A stretch of 64,000 bases of DNA from an uncultured Candidatus Saccharibacteria bacterium (GCA_964615205.1 CAZTQA010000002.1:53286-117285), one strand, 5' to 3'; counted from the stretch's first letter, positions 10,801-20,149 are shown. Numbers and translations: made by a program. The notes: generated from the letters alone by a model not told the origin.

Positions 10801-11326
10801 TTGATTTGTCATTGCCTAAATAACGATAATTAATAAGGTAATGAAATTTTGGCTCTTGAACATTCTTTTTATAAGAAATATATTTAAATTTTAATGGCCC
10901 GTTAGCTATTTTTAATTCATTTTGTGAAAGCCAATCTTTAACTATCTGAACAGCTTTCTCAACTGTCTCTTTTTCTATTTTATCTATAATAGAAGAAATG
11001 TCGTGTTTTAAGATTAAAGAGGCCCCAACTTTAATGATTTTTTCAAGGTATTCTTTAGGAATTTCTACAAAACAATAAGACAGTTCTTTTTTCTGGATTC
11101 CGCTTCTGACCAAAAATAAAGCCGCCTGTTTTTCTGGAGAGGAAAAATCCGGAGAGGTAGTCATATTTATCCATTCATCTACTAATTTATGCTGGCTAGA
11201 ATTCAAAATATTGATAGCCTTTGTTTTTTCTAATTCGTATTCTTCTGAATAACATAAATTTGGCACAACTAAAAAACCTATTACGCAAAATAACATAAAA
11301 AAGCTTAAAAATTTTCTTTTCGTCAT
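7820..11326 (-). CDS. Giant secreted multidomain protein: ComEA-type helix-hairpin-helix DNA-binding module, lamin-tail domain (LTD), C-terminal PQQ-like beta-propeller, acidic and poly-Ser linkers
   Basis: signal peptide; 'NINTASKEDLQKIIGVGPVIAQRIIDGRPFSSLYELIRVSGIGEITLQKI' matches the ComEA HhH pattern; 'VLINEVAWMGTKASGFDEWIELYNNTDKEIDISGWKL' matches the LTD pattern; repeated 'DGTVYF/GTVYV...W' propeller blades; poly-Ser from (AGAACT)n. Confidence 0.65.
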   Translation of the reverse strand: MTKRKFLSFFMLFCVIGFLVVPNLCYSEEYELEKTKAINILNSSQHKLVDEWINMTTSPDFSSPEKQAALFLVRSGIQKKELSYCFVEIPKEYLEKIIKVGASLILKHDISSIIDKIEKETVEKAVQIVKDWLSQNELKIANGPLKFKYISYKKNVQEPKFHYLINYRYLGNDKSNIVEEFYCPEEVEPLKGTSSIMWLGRSPWDIEEWLERGNTKLSPFIVKITGGVNELYTGGFVWDDSSKVEVIFSEPVPAYPFEEPASFFGKIRKSIENEISGTVDDFKNIADIFSDFGAQVSEPFSSDIEGRKNQEEQENEEIGDQENQEDQEPENQEDQVDQEEIKEKEIEEEIEEEIEEEEVEKKLDEEETDICLVNINTASKEDLQKIIGVGPVIAQRIIDGRPFSSLYELIRVSGIGEITLQKIIDQDCAYVENDVGPKDDSSSSSSSSSSSSSSSTPSPEIILDYPEENPVNKEIEVIFSVSNLHLVVYDVKISIDTGSPFPSICYSDCDEDNNWQSSIYYIEEVFFGTSFENKFRLKIENQDFQGQADIIARVRENGKSNYLSEFKSKINITNPVETSKNQEEENGGGNPGEQENEESQGNQENEEDREEEESASAEATADKQDVLINEVAWMGTKASGFDEWIELYNNTDKEIDISGWKLVSSDNGPDISFIEGLGTTTIPEDGFYLIERTDDNAVSDISADWTGSFGNGLGNNSCEVLWLFDQNDNLIDSTTCSQDGLWLAGKAGPDYISMERIGLNEWQDNNQIIFNGKDANGNSIFGTPKQENSFYKEDFFQSPWKMFGGNAQRSGYSRFEGPDSEDIDSGIFAGRKEDRDYFGLVVATNDRVYVPARVELKTGIYTFDTQGNKEWFYEADVGMLRSSPAISPDGTVYFMSGTGLIAVDSSGRFMWKKEIDYMFNTTSPAVDDEGVVYFSTFLKEDDVYDHVLFALDNQGQELWKKSFGREIDDEISSPSVGPDGTVYVSHKNKLWAFNSDGTEKWQTEFEELHRLAEHLSYPIISQDNKIFIRSKYLHALNSEGDILWTLAYDGLFPRALSPDEEVVYATRHPVWGPVGSVYGVLYAVSVSTGKVVWEKRLLSNPLDSLVVDSQGNIYTYLGSGGGVMGLNSNGEEIFSQSFERFRQSISLGFDKIVYLPGHYSIYFVKPIR
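9968..10003. repeat. Hexanucleotide microsatellite (AGAACT)6 encoding the poly-Ser tract inside the 7820..11326 CDS
   Basis: six perfect tandem units read directly. Confidence 0.8.
10259..10294. repeat. 12-bp tandem repeat (TTCTTCAATTTC)x3 encoding (EEIE)n inside the 7820..11326 CDS
   Basis: three perfect units read directly. Confidence 0.8.
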
Positions 11327-11330
11327 TAAA

Positions 11331-11933
11331 TTACTCTATGGTCAAATTATCTATAAATTTATTTAATGATTGCGAGCATTTTTCCAAATTTTCAGAACTA
11401 GTACTTATTCCTATGCCTCGCAATAAATCATCTAAAATATATATTTCAATTGAAGGACCTAATTCTAAACAATCAAAAGTATTCTTTAGAATATTCTTTC
11501 CTTTAATTTCTATTTCCTCAAAATTATCATACTGAATAGCTAAAAAACTATGATTTTCTTTTATTTCTTCTTTTAAGTCCTCTGTATTAATTTTTCTATA
11601 ATCTACTACTGTCTCAATCATACAACCTTGCTGGAGAGGCGGCCTTATCTTATCTGGATTCAATCCTTGAGCATCTGGACTGTAAAAAACCACTGAACCT
11701 TCCATTACATTTATCTTCCTAACGCTCCACCCTTCCGGAGCCTTCATCGTCAAGCCAGCTTTTTTGTTTTCTACAATTGTCCCCTCTTCTGTTTCTATAA
11801 TCACATAATCATCAGGACTGCCGACTTTTTCTCTCTTTTCTTGCTTGAAATAAAAAAACACGGCTCCTGCCGCTAAAATTAATATAATAATTAAAATAAA
11901 AAAATTCCTCTTATTTTCTATTTTCAAAAACAT
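11331..11933 (-). CDS. Hypothetical membrane-anchored protein
   Basis: N-terminal TM helix; no recognisable motif. Confidence 0.35.
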   Translation of the reverse strand: MFLKIENKRNFFILIIILILAAGAVFFYFKQEKREKVGSPDDYVIIETEEGTIVENKKAGLTMKAPEGWSVRKINVMEGSVVFYSPDAQGLNPDKIRPPLQQGCMIETVVDYRKINTEDLKEEIKENHSFLAIQYDNFEEIEIKGKNILKNTFDCLELGPSIEIYILDDLLRGIGISTSSENLEKCSQSLNKFIDNLTIE

Positions 11934-11989
11934 TATTTAATTTTACAACCACCCTCTAACTTTTCAACCCTTCCCCTGTGGATAACTAA

Positions 11990-12013
11990 GTAATCTCACG
12001 ATCGTGAGATTAC
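11990..12013. repeat. 24-bp perfect palindrome GTAATCTCACGATCGTGAGATTAC (copy 2), preceded by TGTGGATAA (11977-11985)
   Basis: read directly; 3 nt from the stop of the PaaX-like gene; about 57 bp upstream of the start of the 11331..11933 gene. Confidence 0.7.
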
Positions 12014-12016
12014 TTT

Positions 12017-12565
12017 TTATAGTAATTTAAAAATCTTTTCCAAATGTAATTCATTATCTATAAAATCCAATGTACCGTAGCGAACATATTTTCTTAAGTC
12101 AAAAAACTCAATAATAAAATCTAATTCATCTTCGCATTTATAGGGAAAAACAAAGACGCTTTTTTGCAGTTCGTAAAAACCTAATTTTTTAAGCTTATCC
12201 CTCAAAGCGTCTCTCCCTCTTCTTAATTTCTCTGGAATATCAAATATAACTATTCTCCATTTACCGTCCCAATTATCTCTTCTAATTTTCATCTTTTCAA
12301 AATGAAAATTCAAAGCTTTCAATTTACCTTTCTTTGTCAAAACCAAAGTACTACTCTTATCGGAATTCTCTTTAAAATCAACTAATTTTGATCCATAGAG
12401 TTTTCTTATTTCTTCGTTGAGTTTTCTTTGATTGATTAGTTTCCATTCTCTAGCTGTTTCCTTTAATATCTTAATCTGCCCTCTGGACGTATAGGTAAAA
12501 TCTAAAGCCAAACCACTTAATAAAAGAATTATGATCTTTTGTTTATTGGAAGATAACTCAGACAT
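12017..12565 (-). CDS. Minimal PaaX-family-like transcriptional regulator (N-terminal wHTH plus C-terminal Cas2-like ferredoxin-fold domain)
   Basis: N-terminal 'IIILLLSGLA...LTKKGKL' winged-helix pattern; C-terminal 'RIVIFDIPEKLRRGRDALRDKLKKLGFYELQKSVFVFP' matches the PaaX_C/Cas2-like fold signature; flanked on both sides by the 24-bp palindrome. Confidence 0.5.
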   Translation of the reverse strand: MSELSSNKQKIIILLLSGLALDFTYTSRGQIKILKETAREWKLINQRKLNEEIRKLYGSKLVDFKENSDKSSTLVLTKKGKLKALNFHFEKMKIRRDNWDGKWRIVIFDIPEKLRRGRDALRDKLKKLGFYELQKSVFVFPYKCEDELDFIIEFFDLRKYVRYGTLDFIDNELHLEKIFKLL

Positions 12566-12594
12566 TACTTAATAATAGCAAAAACATCACTAAA

Positions 12595-12618
12595 GTAAAC
12601 TCACGATCGTGAGATTAC
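12595..12618. repeat. 24-bp palindrome GTAAACTCACGATCGTGAGATTAC (copy 3)
   Basis: read directly; 30 bp upstream of the PaaX-like start codon (12565). Confidence 0.7.
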
Positions 12619-12769
12619 TTATGGATTAACTATAGGTTATTTCTAATTAAATTTTGTTTAGATTTGTTTAGTAAAAAAAATGGACTCCGGAAAGGAGCAC
12701 TTTATTCGCTTGTGTAGAAATCCAGTTGATTGGTGATTACTATTAACAAAATAAGAACCGCAAATATGA

Positions 12770-13522
12770 TTAGAAAGCGAGAAAGGTTTGGATTTTGGAA
12801 ACAGGAATGGTTATTATTCTGTTTTGAGAATCTTCTTCAGAATCTAAAGTATTTAGTCCTATTAAACCGCCTTCAATGTCAAACAAAGGACTGCCTAAAA
12901 ATTTTTTAGTTTCAAAAATGTTGGTTTCTATTAAACCTTGGCTTATTTCACTCACAATACCTTGATTAACAAAAAGAATGGGTAAAATATCAAACTCTGC
13001 GCCTAAAACAAAAATTCTTCTGCCTAATTTTAGCTTTCCTAAATCTGCATAGCCAGGATTATTCAAGTTTTCCGCTTCAAGCTTGATCTCGGCTAAGTTA
13101 TTTTCCAAGTCCCGCTTGATTATTTTTCCCTGCGTTTTTTTAAAGCTCCCATTAGTTCCTTCTTTAATATAGAAAGCATATTCTGCTCCTTCAGGAACAA
13201 TTTCAGCTAAAGTAACTGCTAAACCGTCGGAAGTAACAATAATTCCGCTACCTTCTAAAATTTTCCCATTTTTTTTAGTTGTTTTTATAGCTAAAATGGT
13301 CTTGTCTATTTTTTCCATTGCCAGTTCCAAAGCTGTATTTTCCTGAATATATATTTCCTTGGTTTCATTAACGTAAACCGGAGATTGATTCAAGCGATAT
13401 TCTAAAAAAAGAGGCCTTTCAATAAAATAAGGCCAGAGAATCTGGTCAGCGAAAATTCCTCCTATAGTTCCTACAATAAAAATAATGACTATCTGAAAAA
13501 TAAATTTAGACATAGTTAACAA
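12770..13522 (-). CDS. HtrA-like trypsin-fold pseudo-protease (catalytic His and Asp missing, no PDZ), membrane anchored
   Basis: N-terminal TM helix; segments align to the HtrA encoded upstream ('GSGIIVTSDGLAVT' vs 'GSGFIISQEGMILT'; 'PLFDIEGGLIGLNT' vs 'PLLNLRGEVIGINT'); the protein contains no His at all; 7-bp overlap with the clpB stop. Confidence 0.5.
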   Translation of the reverse strand: MLTMSKFIFQIVIIFIVGTIGGIFADQILWPYFIERPLFLEYRLNQSPVYVNETKEIYIQENTALELAMEKIDKTILAIKTTKKNGKILEGSGIIVTSDGLAVTLAEIVPEGAEYAFYIKEGTNGSFKKTQGKIIKRDLENNLAEIKLEAENLNNPGYADLGKLKLGRRIFVLGAEFDILPILFVNQGIVSEISQGLIETNIFETKKFLGSPLFDIEGGLIGLNTLDSEEDSQNRIITIPVSKIQTFLAF

Positions 13523-16209
13523 ACTTCTGCTTTCTTTAATTTAGAGGCGCCGTTAAGAATAATTTTTCCATCCTTAACGTCTACACTTACCCTTTCCCCT
13601 TTTTTAATAATACCAACAACTATCTTTAAAGCTAAGGGGTCTAATAAAAGTTTCTGAATAATCCTTTTCAAGGGTCTGGCGCCCAAATTAGGATCAAATC
13701 CTTTTTCAGCCAAAAGCTCCTTGGCTTTAACATTTACATTCAAAACAATATTTTTACTCTTTAATCTTTTAGCCACTTTTTCCAACTCCAATTCAACAAT
13801 ATTTTTAATCTCTTTTTTGCCCAGATAATTAAAGATAATGATTTCGTCAATGCGATTTAAAAATTCCGGCCTGAAAGTTTCTCTCAAAACAGACATCACC
13901 TTTTCTTTCAGAGAATGTTTCATTTCTTCTCTTCCTTTCATAAAGCCGATTTCATCCGCTGAACCCATTTCAGCAATCTCTTCAGAGCCAATATTAGAAG
14001 TCATAATTAAAATGGTGTTTTTAAAAGAAACCTTCCTGCCTTTAGCGTCAGTTAATCTTCCGTCTTCTAAGATCTGAAGCAGAATATTAAAAACTTCGGG
14101 ATTGGCTTTCTCTACCTCATCCAGTAAAACCACGCTGTAAGGCCTTCTGCGGATTTTTTCAGTTAGCTGGCCTGATTCTTCATATCCGACGTATCCGGGA
14201 GGAGCACCGATAATTTTGGAGACCGTGTGCTTTTCCATATATTCAGACATATCCAAACGAATCATAGCGTTTTCGTCATTGAAAAGAAATTCAGCCAAAG
14301 CCCGGGCTGTCTCGGTTTTGCCCACGCCTGTGGGGCCCAAAAACATAAAGGATCCGAGGGGCCTGTTTTCTTCAGCAATTCCAGCTCTGGAGCGCCGGAT
14401 GGCATTAGCAATAGCTTTAATTGCTGTTTCCTGTCCGATCACCCGCCTGGAAAGAATTCCCTCTAGTTTTTCCAGCTTTCTGGCTTCTTCTTCCATCAAC
14501 CGAGTCACAGGTATACCTGTCCAGGAAGCCACTACTCGCGCCACATCCTCTTCTCCAACATCCTCTTTAAGCAATCCTTTCTTTTTTTGGAAACGGGAAA
14601 GTTCTTTTTCCTTTTTGCCTATTTCTTTGAGCAGCTCTGGTATTTTTCCGTATTTTATTTCTGCCACTCTCTGAAGATTGCCTTCCCTTTGATTTACTTC
14701 GGCTTGAAAATTTAAATCATCAATCTCTTTTTTGAGATTTCTGATACCTTGGATAAGATCCTTTTCTGTTTTCCAGCGCATCTCAATTTCTTTTATTTTT
14801 TCTTTCAAGTCAGCCAACTTGCGGTTGATAACTGTCAAACGTTTCTTGGTATTGGCTCCTTTTTCTTTGTTAAGAGCCTGTTTTTCAATTTCTAATTTCT
14901 GAATTTCTTTCCTGTATTCATCAAATTCACTCGGCTCTGATTCTATTTCCAGACGCAAAGCGCTGGTAGCTTCATCAATCAAATCCACCGCCTTATCGGG
15001 CAAAAACCTGTCTGTGATATAGCGGCTGGAAAGCTCGGCTGCTGCCACCAAGGCAGAATCTTTTATCTTCACTCCGTGATGAAGCTCATATTTTTCTTTT
15101 ATCCCACGAAGAATAGCAATAGTATCTTCCACCGAAGGTTCAGAAACATAAACCGGCTGGAATCTTCTTTCCAGAGCAGCATCCTTTTCAATATATTTTT
15201 GATACTCTTTCAAAGTAGTAGCTCCTATGGCTCTTAATTCTCCTCTTGCTAAAGCTGGCTTAAGCAAGTTGGAAGCATCAATAGCTCCCTCAGCTGCTCC
15301 AGCCCCTACTAAAGTATGAAGTTCGTCAATAAATAAAAGATAATGCCCGGATGCCCGATTAATTTCTTTAATCAAGGCCTTCATTCTGTCTTCAAATTCC
15401 CCCCTATACTTGGTCCCGGCAATTAAACTTCCTAAATCCAAAGAAATTATTTCTTTATCCTGCAGACTTTCAGGAACATCTTTTTGAATAATCCTTTGAG
15501 CCAGACCTTCCACAATAGCGGTCTTACCTACTCCGGCCTCGCCGATTAAAACAGGATTGTTCTTGGTTCTGCGAGAAAGAACCTGCATCAGACGTCTGAT
15601 TTCATTTTCCCTTCCCACTACCGGATCCAGTTTTCCCTGTTTGGCTAAAAGATTAAGGTTATGGGCATACTTATCTAAAACCTGGTATTTGGTTTCCGGC
15701 TCCGGATCAGTAATTCTCTGACCTCCTCTGATTTGCTTTAAAATTTTTAAAACCTCACTATAGTTTAATTTTCCAAATTCCAACGCAGCTGCTCCTCCGC
15801 CAGGAGAAAGAAACTTAACATTTTCCAAAACCTCTTTGGCTTTGGTAGGCACTTCCAGCAGGGATAAAAACAAATGCTCTACAGAAATAAACTCATCATT
15901 CATTTTCATTGCTTCCTGTCTGGCTCTTTCTAAAACCTTTGCCATATCTTGGGTTAAATAAAACTGGCCGAATGCCTGAGCATTAGAAATACTTGAGATT
16001 TCAGAAAGAAATTTCTTGGTTTTCTTTTTTAAATCCTCTATATCTGCTCCCAGTTTCTGAAGCAATGTTAAAACTAAGCTTTCCTCCTGCGAAGTCAAAG
16101 CATAAAGTAAGTGAAGAGCATCAATTTGTTGCTGTCCCATTTCCCGGGCTAAATCTTGAGCCAAGAGAATTGCCTCTTGAGCTTTGTGGGTAAAATTAGC
16201 ACCAGTCAT
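13516..16209 (-). CDS. clpB: ClpB chaperone / AAA+ disaggregase (two AAA modules with a middle coiled coil)
   Basis: Walker A motifs '[15 protein letters not shown]' and '[13 protein letters not shown]'; Clp N-domain; long coiled-coil insertion between the AAA domains. Confidence 0.9.
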   Translation of the reverse strand: MTGANFTHKAQEAILLAQDLAREMGQQQIDALHLLYALTSQEESLVLTLLQKLGADIEDLKKKTKKFLSEISSISNAQAFGQFYLTQDMAKVLERARQEAMKMNDEFISVEHLFLSLLEVPTKAKEVLENVKFLSPGGGAAALEFGKLNYSEVLKILKQIRGGQRITDPEPETKYQVLDKYAHNLNLLAKQGKLDPVVGRENEIRRLMQVLSRRTKNNPVLIGEAGVGKTAIVEGLAQRIIQKDVPESLQDKEIISLDLGSLIAGTKYRGEFEDRMKALIKEINRASGHYLLFIDELHTLVGAGAAEGAIDASNLLKPALARGELRAIGATTLKEYQKYIEKDAALERRFQPVYVSEPSVEDTIAILRGIKEKYELHHGVKIKDSALVAAAELSSRYITDRFLPDKAVDLIDEATSALRLEIESEPSEFDEYRKEIQKLEIEKQALNKEKGANTKKRLTVINRKLADLKEKIKEIEMRWKTEKDLIQGIRNLKKEIDDLNFQAEVNQREGNLQRVAEIKYGKIPELLKEIGKKEKELSRFQKKKGLLKEDVGEEDVARVVASWTGIPVTRLMEEEARKLEKLEGILSRRVIGQETAIKAIANAIRRSRAGIAEENRPLGSFMFLGPTGVGKTETARALAEFLFNDENAMIRLDMSEYMEKHTVSKIIGAPPGYVGYEESGQLTEKIRRRPYSVVLLDEVEKANPEVFNILLQILEDGRLTDAKGRKVSFKNTILIMTSNIGSEEIAEMGSADEIGFMKGREEMKHSLKEKVMSVLRETFRPEFLNRIDEIIIFNYLGKKEIKNIVELELEKVAKRLKSKNIVLNVNVKAKELLAEKGFDPNLGARPLKRIIQKLLLDPLALKIVVGIIKKGERVSVDVKDGKIILNGASKLKKAEVC

Positions 16210-16273
16210 ATTCTATATTTATTTTTACTATAAAATGGCTTAAAAATCAAGTTTATAAAATAAAAGGGAAAAA

Positions 16274-17617
16274 TTACTCTTCGCGTTCAGCTAAAACTAT
16301 CCAGACATCTTTTTCTTCTTCATCGCTTAACACCCTTAACTTCACTTTATCTTCTGGATTATATTTAACTATAATATTAGCCAAAGAATTCTCTGTGGTA
16401 ATTCTCTCATTATTAAGCTCTAAGATTATATCCCCTTCTTTTAATCCAGCTTCTTCTGCCGGAGAACCCGGAGAAATAGCTTGTTCGTCATAGTTTTCAC
16501 CAGAAACAATCAAAGCACCGTAATCAACCTCCAATTTATATTCTTTTTTGACAACCTCGTTTATGAGAACATAACGCACTCCGATGAAAGGATAAACTAT
16601 TCTGCCTATGTCTTTTATCTGCTCTACGTCTCTTTCGGCTTTGTTTATAGGAATGGCAAAACCAATATTTTGGGCACCAACCACTGTAGCTGTGTTTATG
16701 CCAATAACTTCACCTCTTAAATTCAAAAGCGGGCCTCCGGAATTCCCTGCATTAATAGCTGCATCCGTCTGAATAACATCTTCAATGGTTTCTACAATAC
16801 CTCCGCCCGAAGCAGTGATGGTTCTTCCCAAGCCGGAGATTACTCCTACTGAAACCGTATTTTTAAATTCTCCCAAAGCATTACCAATAGCAATTACTGT
16901 CTGGCCAATCTGCAAATTGGAAGAATCACCCAGCTCCACTGTTATAAAAGGTTGGGCATTTACATTGCCGTTGCTATCAGTAATCATTTCCTGATCTATT
17001 TTCAAAATAGCCAAATCCTGAACAGGATCCTGGGCTAAAACCTTGGCTGGAAATTCTCTTCCGTCATTGGTAAAGATAGTATAATCAGCATCTTCTTCTA
17101 AAATGACGTGCTTGTTGGTCAAAATCATACCTTCCTGAGAAATAATAAATCCACTCCCTCCTCCCACTTCTTTTTTCTCTGTTCCTTTCTGCCTGTATTG
17201 GGGCACTTTAAAATCAAAAAACCAGTCATCGTCAAAAGGACTAATATAATATTCCTCTAAAACAGGAACATCTTTGGTAACAATAATACTGACTACAGCT
17301 GGAGAATATTTTTCTACTACTTCAATTATCTTCTCTTCCTGGCTGGTTTGAGGAACGTACTCTTTCTTTACTATTTTAACCGGTTCTTGTATAATCGTTC
17401 TTATTTCCGGCAGTTCAATATTGAATTCAGAAAGAAAATCTTTTAAATCATTGTAATAGTATACAGTCAGAAAAGATCCCAGTAAAAAAATCAAAACAAA
17501 GAAAAGCAAAACAAATATAATACTGAAATTGGAAATTATTTTTTTCCGTTTTTGTTTATCTTTAAGAAAATTGTATTTTGGTAAATCGTACATATTTTTA
17601 TTATAAAAAACCATCAT
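16274..17617 (-). CDS. htrA: HtrA/DegP-family serine protease with PDZ domain, membrane anchored
   Basis: 'TNKHV', 'DLAILKID' and 'GNSGGPLLN' catalytic-triad motifs; C-terminal PDZ; N-terminal TM helix. Confidence 0.85.
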   Translation of the reverse strand: MMVFYNKNMYDLPKYNFLKDKQKRKKIISNFSIIFVLLFFVLIFLLGSFLTVYYYNDLKDFLSEFNIELPEIRTIIQEPVKIVKKEYVPQTSQEEKIIEVVEKYSPAVVSIIVTKDVPVLEEYYISPFDDDWFFDFKVPQYRQKGTEKKEVGGGSGFIISQEGMILTNKHVILEEDADYTIFTNDGREFPAKVLAQDPVQDLAILKIDQEMITDSNGNVNAQPFITVELGDSSNLQIGQTVIAIGNALGEFKNTVSVGVISGLGRTITASGGGIVETIEDVIQTDAAINAGNSGGPLLNLRGEVIGINTATVVGAQNIGFAIPINKAERDVEQIKDIGRIVYPFIGVRYVLINEVVKKEYKLEVDYGALIVSGENYDEQAISPGSPAEEAGLKEGDIILELNNERITTENSLANIIVKYNPEDKVKLRVLSDEEEKDVWIVLAEREE

Positions 17618-19160
17618 TTTTTTTCAAGCGGAATTTTTCCGTAACCCAGAAGCCCATATACTTACCCAGCATTAATCTGGTCTGGGCTTCGATGGATGGA
17701 ATAGCTCCAAAGATTATTAAGCTCACGGGCAAAAAAACCCACTGGGCCACAATAAAAAGATTTTCTTTTCTGCCAAACTCAAGCTTAGAGGCTTTCAACA
17801 GTAAGCTGTTTATAATCATAAAAACCAGTACTCCCACAAGAGCAATCTTCATTAAGTTTCCGGTTATGGTCGGCAAGCTGTAGGAAAGAACTGTCTGCCT
17901 GAATTCTTCTCCTCCTAAAACAATAGGCAGCCATCCCAAGAAAAGAATAATCAAAGCATTAGTTCCCCAAGCCCAAAAACCTTCAATAAGAAGAAAAACA
18001 TAATGGAATTTTTTCCAAAAAGGGATTTTCTTATTTTTGAAAAAACCAAAAAGGATATAAGGTATGCCCTCTCCTCCCCAAGCCCATCTCCTCTGCTGCT
18101 TGTATTGATTAATGATTGTTTGTTTCAAACTATCAGCCACGCAGTTATCCTGGGAAATGGGATAATGGAGAGGAATTGTTTTGTAATTGCCTTCAAAAAA
18201 CAGCAAAGATTTCCAGAAAATACCAGCGTCTTCAGAAACCACATTTGTTTGCCAGAAATCCATTTCTACTAAGGATTTGAAACTCATAGAATGAGAAGAA
18301 TAAGTGACTAATTTTTCTGGCCTCTGCTGCTGAATCATCTGCCAGAAAACATTACAGGAAGAAACTAATCTGGAAAAAAAAGGCGCTTCTTTAAGATTAT
18401 TCAAGTATAAAGGAATGGGCTGAAAACTGGAATGAAAAGGATCTGGATCAATTAAGAAGTGATAAGTCAAACAGGAAAAATAGTGAGGATAGGCCTGGGT
18501 ATCAATGTCAAAACTAGAAACAATAACTTTTTCATAAGGAATTCCTTCCTTATCTATAATTTCTTCTTTGGCTTTTCTTCCTGCCCAGGATTCATTTGAC
18601 CCTTTGCCGGCAATTTCCCCCACAATGTCATTAGGATGGCGAGTGATTAAAAATCTATGAAATTTAGGGCCAAATTCTTTTTCAATTTCCTGGGCGGTTC
18701 TTTCTGCTTCTTGCCCAGCCCTTTGTTCTATTCCTAAAACAACAATCATTTTTTCCTTGGGATAATAGCAATCAGCTAAGGCTTGAAAAGTTTCCCTGGC
18801 AACACTCAATTCTTCCTTGTACATAGGAAATACAATGAGATGATAAACGTCTTTCCAATCATTCTCTTTTAATTGGTTCAGTTTTTCAATCCAATCAATT
18901 TTCAAGTTTCTATTCATCTCCCGATAAGCTGAAACTAAACAAAGAGAAAAATAAATGGTGCGTAGAAGCCAGTAGATACAAAAAGCAATAATAAAGAAAC
19001 CCACATAAAACGGAAAGAGCCAGGAAAAAACAAAGATGCCGATCAAAGTAAACCAAACCAAAAAACCAGGAATAATTTCAAAAACCCGGTAAATAAATCT
19101 TTCTTTGGGATTTTTTAAATCAGTGGCTTTGCCAACCTTTATATAATAAGGAACATCCAT
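17601..19160 (-). CDS. Membrane-embedded processive family-2 glycosyltransferase (cellulose/chitin/PgaC-synthase-like)
   Basis: N- and C-terminal TM bundles; 'AGKGSNESWA' (KxGxxN-like), 'DID' and 'QQRRWAWG' (QxxRW) motifs. Confidence 0.6.
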   Translation of the reverse strand: MDVPYYIKVGKATDLKNPKERFIYRVFEIIPGFLVWFTLIGIFVFSWLFPFYVGFFIIAFCIYWLLRTIYFSLCLVSAYREMNRNLKIDWIEKLNQLKENDWKDVYHLIVFPMYKEELSVARETFQALADCYYPKEKMIVVLGIEQRAGQEAERTAQEIEKEFGPKFHRFLITRHPNDIVGEIAGKGSNESWAGRKAKEEIIDKEGIPYEKVIVSSFDIDTQAYPHYFSCLTYHFLIDPDPFHSSFQPIPLYLNNLKEAPFFSRLVSSCNVFWQMIQQQRPEKLVTYSSHSMSFKSLVEMDFWQTNVVSEDAGIFWKSLLFFEGNYKTIPLHYPISQDNCVADSLKQTIINQYKQQRRWAWGGEGIPYILFGFFKNKKIPFWKKFHYVFLLIEGFWAWGTNALIILFLGWLPIVLGGEEFRQTVLSYSLPTITGNLMKIALVGVLVFMIINSLLLKASKLEFGRKENLFIVAQWVFLPVSLIIFGAIPSIEAQTRLMLGKYMGFWVTEKFRLKKNDGFL

Positions 19161-19168
19161 AAAAATAA

Positions 19169-20149
19169 CTAATTATTTATCAATTCCTTTGTTTCTTCCC
19201 AAATACTATCGTCATTCTGCTTGGTTTTCATCCAATACCACCACTCCCCTCCCCAGAAGTAAAACTCTTTTAATCCGGTCTCTTTAGCTAAACTGATTAT
19301 ATCTCTGAATCTATCCAAATTCATAGTTTTCTTTTGTTCTTCTAAGGAAGAATCATAAAGCAAGGTAGGCCCCCAGGGTTCTGCCTGGAGTTCAGTGCAA
19401 ATTATTTCTTTTTCAAAAACAAAATCTATAATTTTAGATTTGCGCCAGTAAAAAACACCCGGCAAATGATATTTTACATATCTTTTAAGTTCTTTAAACC
19501 AGGCTTCCTGGTATAAAGAAATGCCTACTACATCTCCCAGCTTTGCTCCTTTAAACCAAAAAGAAAAGCTTCCGCTTTCTGTTATAACTATTTTCTTGTC
19601 TGGATCAAGTTTTTTGACTAAATCTATTTCTTTTTCCACCAAATCCCGGCTTGTTTCAGGGCAATCTCCAAAAGGAAAAAAGGGTTCGTTTTCAATTTGC
19701 CAAGCCCAGACTATTTCTTCGTCCTTATGCTGTTCTACTATTTCTTCTAAATATTTTAATAGTTCTTCCTCCCAGTTATCGCGAGCCCATTCTGGAATAT
19801 GGCATTCAGGCCAGCGTGGAGTTTTCATTCCTACGGTCAAAATAACATCCGCATTTCTTTTTTTTGCTTCTTCTATCTGCCAATCCAAATCTTCAAAAAA
19901 GTATTGGTCTTTCTGCGGCTCAACCATATCCCAGTAAGCAATCAATCTCACATTTTTAATATTTAAATCATCTAACAAAGCCAGATAGGTTTCCTTCCAG
20001 TCTAAATTTAAAGCTTGGGTGTGTTTCTGGGAAAAATTCATTCCCCAAACAATTTCATCTTGAACTGGCGCTTTTCCCATAAAGAAAAACGAAAAAACAA
20101 TCATTAAAAAAACTAATAGAGCAATTAAAAATTTAATTTTTTTCTTCAT
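19169..20149 (-). CDS. Secreted clan GH-A glycoside hydrolase (GH5-like)
   Basis: signal peptide; 'WQIENEP' catalytic NEP motif; TIM-barrel-like composition; directly downstream of the GT2 synthase. Confidence 0.5.
   Translation of the reverse strand: MKKKIKFLIALLVFLMIVFSFFFMGKAPVQDEIVWGMNFSQKHTQALNLDWKETYLALLDDLNIKNVRLIAYWDMVEPQKDQYFFEDLDWQIEEAKKRNADVILTVGMKTPRWPECHIPEWARDNWEEELLKYLEEIVEQHKDEEIVWAWQIENEPFFPFGDCPETSRDLVEKEIDLVKKLDPDKKIVITESGSFSFWFKGAKLGDVVGISLYQEAWFKELKRYVKYHLPGVFYWRKSKIIDFVFEKEIICTELQAEPWGPTLLYDSSLEEQKKTMNLDRFRDIISLAKETGLKEFYFWGGEWWYWMKTKQNDDSIWEETKELINN

Noticed and set aside
12017-12565. Cas2-like motif (IVIFDIPE...RRGRDAL...LQKSVFVF) that could hint at a CRISPR adaptation gene
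   Set aside because: There is no CRISPR array, cas1 or other cas gene in the window. The N-terminus is a PaaX-type winged helix. PaaX C-domains share the Cas2-like fold, so I call it a regulator and not cas2.
7796-12618. The 24-bp palindromes as rho-independent terminators
   Set aside because: No U/T-tract follows them on either strand. Genuine terminators in this genome have GC hairpins followed by a T-run of at least 5. Their position 30-75 bp upstream of start codons fits operators better.
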